Shown here: positions 57,363 through 64,000 of the stretch, in pieces
How the letters are laid out: every line of letters starts with the position of its first letter
Position numbering within the stretch: position 1 is the first letter of the stretch
Assembly: GCA_958296135.2 (NCBI GenBank)
Contig: CATQHZ020000001.1
Coordinates: forward strand, 704,001 to 768,000
Direction of reading: 5' to 3'
Origin: an uncultured Poribacteria bacterium
Lineage (GTDB): Bacteria; Poribacteria; WGA-4E; WGA-3G
Length of the DNA: 64,000 bases
The notes under the pieces: generated by a model
What the model saw: the letters and a program-made list of their open reading frames with translations, nothing else
What the model was told of the DNA's origin: nothing
Databases searched by the model: none
Translations under genes and position numbers: made by a program

Positions 57363-59105
57363 TCAAAACAGTTCCCCCTTTCCTTGATAAACTGTCACCC
57401 GCTGGTTAACAGCAGTGCCGGGAAATCTTTCACGACTGCCATCGGGCCACCGCACCTCAATTGCTTGGAGCTCGTCAATAGTGCCCAAGCCGAAATGCAC
57501 ACTCGGTTCGCTGCTGCTGAGATAACTGCTATGCGGCAGGACAAATCCCGTTCGCGATGCTTTTCCGCCAATCTTAAGCGTTACTTGCGCACCAAGCGCG
57601 TCCCTATTTTGGCTGATAGCCTGCACGAAAAGCCAGTTGTGTTCGGGTGGCGGCGCATCGTTTTGACAGACACGGATGCGATTGTCAAGGGTGCTGACAA
57701 CCAGGTCCAAGTCGCCATCTCTATCAATATCGCCGAAAGCCATGCCGCGACTCACCTCAATCTGTCCCGTGAAATCTGAAGCACGCGAACTGACATCGGT
57801 GAAAACCGGCGGTTGTGAATGCGAGGACGAATTTCCATATCTCTCTGTCTTCTTGTTTTGTAAGGTTGGATTTCTATATCCGTCCGCTCCACCGTTCCTA
57901 GCATTCTGAAAAAGCAGATTCGGTTCTGCGTAAAAATTCCAGAATTCACCTGCGTTCGCGCCTTCAATTACGGGCCCGCGTTTCACTCTGCCGTTGACAA
58001 CGGCGATATCCAGAGCTGCGTCGTTATCAAAATCGATGAACCCGCATCCAAATCCCGTAAACGGCACATCGCCCCCTGCGAACCCCGCCATCTCTGTCAT
58101 ATCCATAAACGTCGCGTCCAGCGAACTGCGATAGAAGGTGTTCGTTTCGTCGGTTAAGTGCGTTACAAACAGGTCTGGGTGCGTGTCGCCGTTGACATCT
58201 CCGACAGCGATGCCCATGCTTCCTTCGGGTTGTCCGTAGGTGTTGAAGGCGAGCCCGCGCAAGATAGCCTCCTCAGCAAAGGTGCCATCCTTCTGATTTA
58301 CCCAGAGGTGGTTCGCTTCGCCATCGTTAGCGACATAGAAATCGGCCCAGCCGTCTCCCGTTAAATCAAGGCAGACAACGCCGAGCCCGCGGCCGGGAGT
58401 TGCGGCGATGCCGGCCTGTTCCGTTACGTCGGTGAAGGTGCCGTCGCCGTTGTTGAGGAATAGCCGGTCTGGGGCGGGGTTGAACCTTTGCGGATTGCAA
58501 TAATCTTGCGCGCCGTGTTTGCCTCGGCAAATCGCATCCGCATCGAATTGAACGTAGTTTGTTACATAGAGATCGAGGTGTCCATCCCGATTCACATCGC
58601 CAAACGCCGCGGATGTCCCCCATGCGTCGTTGGAGAGTCCAGCGGCATCTAACACAAAAGTGCCGTCGCCATTGTTGCGGTAGAATGCATCGGGGCCGTA
58701 GTTCGTCACGTAGACATCGGCATCGCTGTCGTTGTCCACATCGCCGATAGCGATGCCTTGGCCGTAGCCCGTATGCCCGATACCCGCGGCTTCCGTAACG
58801 TCAAGGAACGTGCCATCGGGTTGTTGCTGATACAGCCGATTCGGCGCGGGCGCGTGTGGTTGCCCGGGCGGCGGAAATCGGACGTGCAGGATATCTAGCG
58901 CGTCATCTCCGTTGTAGTCGAACAGCGCAACCCCGCCTCCGATGACTTCATGCAGCGCGTAAGTGCCGGGGGGCCACAATGTATCGGTGTGCTGAAATCC
59001 GAGTTCAGCGGTTATCTCGACAAATAGCGGCGCGGCCGTTTCCGCTTGGCTGACGCATGTCACTATCGCGGCGATGATAAATGCAAGGGCGTATCGTTTA
59101 AACAC
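57363..59105 (-). CDS. CRTAC1/FG-GAP + ASPIC-UnbV protein
   Basis: GGVALFDYNGD, GDVDND, DFYVAND, SRGMAFGDIDRDGDLD and SYLSSS..VHFGLG..VRWPDG. Likely GTG start at 59105 (VFKRYALAF signal peptide). Confidence 0.88.
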   Translation of the reverse strand: MFKRYALAFIIAAIVTCVSQAETAAPLFVEITAELGFQHTDTLWPPGTYALHEVIGGGVALFDYNGDDALDILHVRFPPPGQPHAPAPNRLYQQQPDGTFLDVTEAAGIGHTGYGQGIAIGDVDNDSDADVYVTNYGPDAFYRNNGDGTFVLDAAGLSNDAWGTSAAFGDVNRDGHLDLYVTNYVQFDADAICRGKHGAQDYCNPQRFNPAPDRLFLNNGDGTFTDVTEQAGIAATPGRGLGVVCLDLTGDGWADFYVANDGEANHLWVNQKDGTFAEEAILRGLAFNTYGQPEGSMGIAVGDVNGDTHPDLFVTHLTDETNTFYRSSLDATFMDMTEMAGFAGGDVPFTGFGCGFIDFDNDAALDIAVVNGRVKRGPVIEGANAGEFWNFYAEPNLLFQNARNGGADGYRNPTLQNKKTERYGNSSSHSQPPVFTDVSSRASDFTGQIEVSRGMAFGDIDRDGDLDLVVSTLDNRIRVCQNDAPPPEHNWLFVQAISQNRDALGAQVTLKIGGKASRTGFVLPHSSYLSSSEPSVHFGLGTIDELQAIEVRWPDGSRERFPGTAVNQRVTVYQGKGELF

Positions 59106-59130
59106 GTTATTTTGCGAACCCTCATTTTTC

Positions 59131-59180
59131 TTGAATAAAAACGTTTCATTGTGTATCATATATATCATATATATCATATA
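59131..59180 (+). promoter_or_regulatory. sigma70 promoter whose -10 box lies in a 9-bp x3 tandem repeat
   Basis: TTGAAT-17-TATCAT; (tatcatata)x3 at 59154-59180. Confidence 0.55.
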
Positions 59181-59202
59181 GACGCTTTACAAGGAGAAGA
59201 GC

Positions 59203-60108
59203 ATGAAAGCGAAATTCACGTTTCTGGCAATCGCTCTTGTTGTGCTGCTGTGTCTTCCTGCGGCAGTGCTCGCGCAACAGAGGATAGACATTCCATCAAA
59301 CGCGGTAAACGGTGGCGAGAGACTTGTCTTGGACTCCGCCGAGCGTTTGGGGATAACCCCTGCCGAGTTGCAGGAGCTCTCCAAAGTTTTCTCCGAGGGC
59401 GCGACGATTGAGTTGCTGAAACCCGTAGATGCCACCGCGCAGCCGAAAGACCTGGTTTTCAGCAAGGTTAGTTGGATGCGCGATGCTAACGATTCAAACA
59501 TCCAAACATTTCTGGACAGTGGCGAGACAGTTCGATTGCAAATTCATCGCGACCCGGGGGAACCCCGAGAGGTGCATGTCCTCACGGGAATCCGGTCAAG
59601 ACCGGTGCAGATTGTGCTTTACAACACGACAAAGAGTCGTATCGATTTGCGGGGATGGCAACTTCGGATAACACCCGGTGCTATTCCCGATGAAACCGAT
59701 GCAGCTATTGACAGGATGAGCAACGTCGACATAGATTTTTCGCAAAACCCCGGACAGGATACCAAGGAAATCATCCTACCGCCGAACGAGTTTTCAATGC
59801 TGCGCAAGATAGATTACGCCAGTGTCAATGACCCGGGCAAAACGCGGATGGAACAGTTGCGCGGTATCCCCGATGGCATCGATGCGAAAAGTTGGGGAAC
59901 CAGCGCGGCATTTGAAGCCGAAATGGTTGAAATTGACAGCAGGTTCGGTGGGAGTGACTGGATGGAGTTGCGCAACACCACCGATAAGCCAATCGATTTC
60001 AAAAAGTGGATTCTGTTGGTGCATCCTGAGGAGGACGACAGGAGCGTTCGCCCGAAGGGAACGCTGCGCCTTCAGAAACCGGCCGAACCTTTCATCGAAG
60101 ACCGGTAG
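59203..60108 (+). CDS. secreted hypothetical protein with lamin-tail-domain-like segments
   Basis: AAGGAG RBS and signal peptide; IVLYNTTKSRIDLRGWQL and WMELRNTTDKPIDFKKWIL resemble the LTD 'W[IV]EL.N....IDL.GW' motif. Confidence 0.6.
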   Translation: MKAKFTFLAIALVVLLCLPAAVLAQQRIDIPSNAVNGGERLVLDSAERLGITPAELQELSKVFSEGATIELLKPVDATAQPKDLVFSKVSWMRDANDSNIQTFLDSGETVRLQIHRDPGEPREVHVLTGIRSRPVQIVLYNTTKSRIDLRGWQLRITPGAIPDETDAAIDRMSNVDIDFSQNPGQDTKEIILPPNEFSMLRKIDYASVNDPGKTRMEQLRGIPDGIDAKSWGTSAAFEAEMVEIDSRFGGSDWMELRNTTDKPIDFKKWILLVHPEEDDRSVRPKGTLRLQKPAEPFIEDR

Positions 60109-60210
60109 TTCCTCCTGCGTTTTTCGCGGCGGTTGCAGGTTCGCGAGGGACAGTGGACATCTCTGCAGCGAGGCTGCAGAGATGACAAAGTTAAAGTAAG
60201 TAAGGTAGCG

Positions 60211-60435
60211 TGTTTACGCGGGGCGACACACGCACATTTTCTGTAGACGTGACCGTGCTTTCGCGAGGCGACACACGCACGTTTGCTGTAGACGTGACCG
60301 TGCTGACGCGGGGCGACACACGCACATTTTCTGTAGGCGTAACCGTGCTTACACGGGGCGACACACGCACGTTTGCTGTAGGCGTGACCGTGCTGACGCG
60401 GGGCGACACACGCACATTTTCTGTAGACGTGACCG
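60211..60435. repeat. 45-bp x5 tandem repeat (alternating variants, 90-bp higher-order unit)
   Basis: Unit tgctgacgcggggcgacacacgcacattttctgtagacgtgaccg. Units 1, 3 and 5 carry cattttct; units 2 and 4 carry cgtttgct. Confidence 0.95.
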
Positions 60436-60525
60436 TGACGGCCCTCGCGCTACGGGGCCGCGGCCCGAGATGATGCTCGGTGCATCTATCGCGCTCGCGC
60501 TATGGGGCCGGGGTGGTTTCCTTCG

Positions 60526-61608
60526 CTAAGTCAAATCAAGGACACTCCGCGCGACTTCCCCTTTTCCCAGAGCCTCAAACGCATCGTTAATCCCCTCCAG
60601 CGGATAGGTGCGCGTGACGAGTTCATCCAGTTTCAGGTGCCCTGCTTTATAGAGGGAAACCAACCGCGGGAAATCAATGTGCGGCCGCGCCGTGCCATAC
60701 ATGGAGCCGATGACTGTTTTTTCAGCCATCAACATCCGGGCATCGAAATCGACAGGCGTATTTTCAGGTGCGTGCCCGACGAAGACTGTCACGCCGCGGC
60801 TGCGCGTGCAGAGAATCGCTTGGCGGAACGTTTCGCCTATCAGGCCGATTGCCTCAAACGCGTAGTGGGCACCGCGCCCATCGGTAATCTCCCGAATCTT
60901 TTCGACCGGGTCTGTTTTGGCGGCGTTCACGGTATGCGTCGCGCCGAATTGCCTGCCGAGTTCCAGTTTGTTGTCCAGCACATCAACGGCGATGAGCGGG
61001 TCCGCGCCTGACATACTTGCGCCTTGGATGCAGTTGAGCCCAACGCCGCCGCATCCGAACACCGCCACCGAGTTGCCGGGGGCAACCTGCGCAGTATTGA
61101 TGGCAGCACCGACACCTGTCATCACGCCGCATCCGATGAGCGCGGCTTGTGGGAGCGGCATGGCTTTATCAATCGGCACAACTGCGTCTTGCGGCACGAG
61201 TGTTTCGGTGCTAAAGGTGCCCAGCCCTGCCATCTTGTCGATCTCGCTGCCTCCTGCTTTCTTGGCGGGGCGACCGGAGTTATCGGAAGGTAAGGCGCAC
61301 AGATTCGGGAATCCCTTCTGGCACATTTCGCAGAACCCGCAGTTCCGTTTCCATGAGAGGATAACGTGGTCTCCGACTTGGATCTGGGTGACTTCGCTTC
61401 CGATTTCTTCGACGATGCCAGCACCTTCGTGCCCAAGGATGATGGGGAGTCCGACGTGGGGCCATTCTCCTTTAACGATGTGCCAATCGGAGTGGCAGAC
61501 CCCGCTTGCTACCAAGCGCACGCGCACCTGATTCGGCCCCGTATCGGGTAAGTCAAACTCTTCAATTTTCAAGTGTGTCTCAATGTCATACAACACAGCG
61601 GCTTTCAT
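60526..61608 (-). CDS. Zn-dependent alcohol dehydrogenase (MDR family)
   Basis: GVCHSD, GHEGAG, CGFCEMC...NLC, IGCGVMTG and GCGGVG. Confidence 0.92.
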   Translation of the reverse strand: MKAAVLYDIETHLKIEEFDLPDTGPNQVRVRLVASGVCHSDWHIVKGEWPHVGLPIILGHEGAGIVEEIGSEVTQIQVGDHVILSWKRNCGFCEMCQKGFPNLCALPSDNSGRPAKKAGGSEIDKMAGLGTFSTETLVPQDAVVPIDKAMPLPQAALIGCGVMTGVGAAINTAQVAPGNSVAVFGCGGVGLNCIQGASMSGADPLIAVDVLDNKLELGRQFGATHTVNAAKTDPVEKIREITDGRGAHYAFEAIGLIGETFRQAILCTRSRGVTVFVGHAPENTPVDFDARMLMAEKTVIGSMYGTARPHIDFPRLVSLYKAGHLKLDELVTRTYPLEGINDAFEALGKGEVARSVLDLT

Positions 61609-61767
61609 GAGGTTCCTCCATTTTGGAATGGCTTGGGGGTATTATAGCGGTTTTGAAAAAAACATGCAAGCAGAACCATTCAGTTCGCCGATAACATTTC
61701 ATCGGTGCTTTTCTTATTGACATCATCCGCGAAAAAAAGTAAAATAAAAACAGGAGGTTCATCAAAC

Positions 61768-62262
61768 ATGTTTCACCGCAAAATGATGAAGCCGATACTC
61801 TTCGGCATTTCTGTCCTCGCGCTGTTTTCGTGCGGCAGTGGGGAAATCCAAAATTTTGAAGGCATCCAAATTCACTCCGACCCCCGGGTCGACCGGATCG
61901 ACCTCAGAATTTATCTGGTGGATAGAAACGGAACGCCGCTGATCTGGAACCAGAGCATTCTCAGTCCGAGCGTCGGCCTCAGCACTATCTCGGAGGCGGA
62001 TTTTACCACGAACGCCAAGGTTTACTCCATACGCAATGGGCAAAAACATCGGAAGGTTTACGATGGCCGCCTCATCGATCTGCGCTGGTCCCAGGAATTG
62101 AACAGGCTGGATAGACTCATGACGGCGGAGATCCCGCGCGCGCTCATTGAAGAAGACCCCGAGCGCGACACGCCCTTAGGTATCATCACCGTGGAAATTG
62201 AGACTGAGAAACAAGGGCCTTTTTTCGATACGTTGGAGCGGACGGCTATCTATAAGTATTAA
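61768..62262 (+). CDS. hypothetical lipoprotein
   Basis: AGGAGG RBS and lipobox LFSC; TTGACA-17-TAAAAT promoter upstream. Confidence 0.7.
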   Translation: MFHRKMMKPILFGISVLALFSCGSGEIQNFEGIQIHSDPRVDRIDLRIYLVDRNGTPLIWNQSILSPSVGLSTISEADFTTNAKVYSIRNGQKHRKVYDGRLIDLRWSQELNRLDRLMTAEIPRALIEEDPERDTPLGIITVEIETEKQGPFFDTLERTAIYKY

Positions 62263-62267
62263 GGGAA

Positions 62268-62336
62268 CGGACTCGCGACCGGGAGGTTGCGCCTATCAGC
62301 AGAGGAGGACTCGCGACCGGGCGGTCGCGCCTACCG
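62268..62336. repeat. direct pair of REP-like units (tcgcgaccggg.ggt.gcgccta[ct])
   Basis: ggactcgcgaccgggaggttgcgcctatc and ggactcgcgaccgggcggtcgcgcctacc. Confidence 0.75.
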
Positions 62337-62340
62337 AAAC

Positions 62341-63201
62341 ATGCCTATTCACACACAAGACTATCGACATTGGGAAGGCACACTGAAACCGCACAACGCC
62401 ATGCGCTGGTGGGTGATTACAAAGGCGGAACTGAAGCTGCTCGCGCAGCGGAAGTTCGTCCGGCTCATCGTCGCGATTCCGCCGACGATTTACGTTTTAG
62501 TGCACGCAGTGCTGATTTATCTCGGCAATCAGTTCCCGGAGGGACTGCCGTTTGAGATAGACAAGGCGTTTTTTCATCGCTTCTTTTTCAGTTTCCGCTT
62601 TGTGTTCCTATCGGGGTTCCTCGTGGCACTGGTGACGATTTTCGGGGGTTCAGGCCTCATCGCCACCGATTTGAAGAACAACGCGCTTTCGCTCTACCTC
62701 TCTAAACCGATTTCGTGGGTAGATTACCTCCTCGGGAAATTTGCGGTTGTCGGCATCCTGCTCGCCTGTATGCTGCTGATTCCCGGGCTGCTGCTATTTC
62801 TGGAACATGTGCTGTTAACCGACACCGACTTTTTCCAAAAAAACTATTGGCTGCCGTTCTCCATGGTCGCGTATTCAGCGATTATCATCACTTCGACGAG
62901 TCTGCTGATGCTGCTATTTTCATCGCTTACGTCGAACCCGCGCTACGCTACGATAGGCTTCTGTGCCGTTTGGTTTGGTTCAAGTGCTGTCTATGGCGTT
63001 CTCCAAGAGATTACGCGGAGCGGCAAAGTGGCACTGGTGTCGATGTGGGCAAACTACGATAGACTTGGCACCGCGCTGTTCGGGCTGCCTTATAACTATT
63101 CTGTGCATTGGTTTTGGGCGTTGCTGATATTGGGGGTGTTGGCGGCGTTGTGCCTCTTGGTGCTGCGTCACCGTATTCGTGCCGTTGAAATTGTGAAGTA
63201 A
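62341..63201 (+). CDS. ABC-2 type transporter permease subunit
   Basis: MPIHTQDYRHWEG and GSGLIATDLKNNALSLYLSKPISWVDYLLGK; 6-7 TM segments. Confidence 0.8.
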   Translation: MPIHTQDYRHWEGTLKPHNAMRWWVITKAELKLLAQRKFVRLIVAIPPTIYVLVHAVLIYLGNQFPEGLPFEIDKAFFHRFFFSFRFVFLSGFLVALVTIFGGSGLIATDLKNNALSLYLSKPISWVDYLLGKFAVVGILLACMLLIPGLLLFLEHVLLTDTDFFQKNYWLPFSMVAYSAIIITSTSLLMLLFSSLTSNPRYATIGFCAVWFGSSAVYGVLQEITRSGKVALVSMWANYDRLGTALFGLPYNYSVHWFWALLILGVLAALCLLVLRHRIRAVEIVK

Positions 63202-63401
63202 CGTCTCTTTAGGGCTGTAGGACCTGAATAAGGTTTCGTCTCATGAGGAGGTAACACTCCGTGAAATACCACCTTTCATTTCCAAAACATCATGCGAGTT
63301 TGCCCTACAGACGCGAGATGCATCAAATGAATTTGGTATAAGGCGAGAGCACGCACTACAAGCGCGGTTTGAAACCGCGCCTACCGGGGGCCGTGCGGTT
63401 A

Positions 63402-64000
63402 TCAGTCTGGCACCGGCGCATAGGTATTAAACCCCCCTGTCCTATCCTCGCCTTGCAATAGGTAGATTTGGTGCTTGGGCCGCCATTCGGCACCTGGATA
63501 CCGCACATCTGCCGGCATGTAGCGCATCGTGTAGCCGCACCGTCGTTGCTGCGATACGTTCGGGCTAGAGTTGTGAATTGTCCATGCGTCGTGAAAATGG
63601 CATTCGCCGATTTCCAATTCCAGATCGGCAGCGCGCGAGATGTCCAAGTCTTCGTCCACAACTTCGCTGCCGAAGAGGTTGTTTTGTCTGTTCACCGCTT
63701 CATAGCGGCGGTCGCGGAGCCGATGGCTGCCGGGGATGACACGCATGCACCCGTTTTCCACTGTGGAGGCATCTACTGCCAGCCACATGGTGATGACGTG
63801 CATAGGTTCGAGGGATTTGCCCCAGTAGACACCGTCTTGATGCCACGGCACCGCCATGCCGTCGCTCTCGCGCTTGCTAATGAAGTGGCTGGACCAGAGC
63901 ACGATATCCGGCCCGATGAACCGTTCTATTACTTTCAGCACGCGCGGGTGCGTGAGGTATTTGAACAAGAAGGGGTGCTCAAAATGCGGCACGTCCATCT
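63402..64000 (-). CDS. phytanoyl-CoA dioxygenase (PhyH) family protein, 5' end outside window
   Basis: PWHQDGVYW, WLAVD..VENGCMRVIPGSH and HNSSPN.S..RR. Confidence 0.88.
   Translation of the reverse strand, partial: MDVPHFEHPFLFKYLTHPRVLKVIERFIGPDIVLWSSHFISKRESDGMAVPWHQDGVYWGKSLEPMHVITMWLAVDASTVENGCMRVIPGSHRLRDRRYEAVNRQNNLFGSEVVDEDLDISRAADLELEIGECHFHDAWTIHNSSPNVSQQRRCGYTMRYMPADVRYPGAEWRPKHQIYLLQGEDRTGGFNTYAPVPD

Noticed and set aside
60211-60435. CRISPR array
   Set aside because: Units are contiguous near-identical 45-mers with no unique spacers, and no cas genes are present.
1-64000. tRNA, rRNA, intact IS transposase, integrase or prophage genes
   Set aside because: No cloverleaf, rRNA signature or transposase/integrase motifs were recognised by eye.

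Overview
Bacterial chromosomal DNA of moderately high GC. The gene content points to a diderm, probably sponge-associated Candidatus Poribacteria-like organism; this is inferred from the LamG, NHL, TPR, Kelch, CRTAC1 and C-lectin repertoire and a shared C-terminal 'VEP-x-x-K-L-x-x-x-WG-x-LK' tail. Housekeeping genes: trpE (partial), hisI, pgl, pyrB with a fused Zn domain, pyrD, potA-like, gatB, nadB, valS, the lpxL-lptC-lptA-lptB-rpoN-hpf cluster and fpr. They are interleaved with many secreted repeat or lectin-like proteins, a small defence cluster (Type IIG/ISP-like R-M, AAA-nuclease), a frameshifted M.MvaI-like methyltransferase and several gene remnants. The most striking signal is a dense set of GTAG-type REP-like palindromes in at least 4 subfamilies. 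They occur between genes but also in-frame inside protein-coding genes: valS, a membrane protein, a CRTAC1 protein and two signal peptides. They also supply stop codons and a terminator. A 45-bp x5 tandem repeat shares a 19-nt exact match with a large insertion in ValRS. No rRNA, tRNA, CRISPR array, transposase or reverse transcriptase was recognised. All family assignments come from motif recognition by eye, not from database searches.
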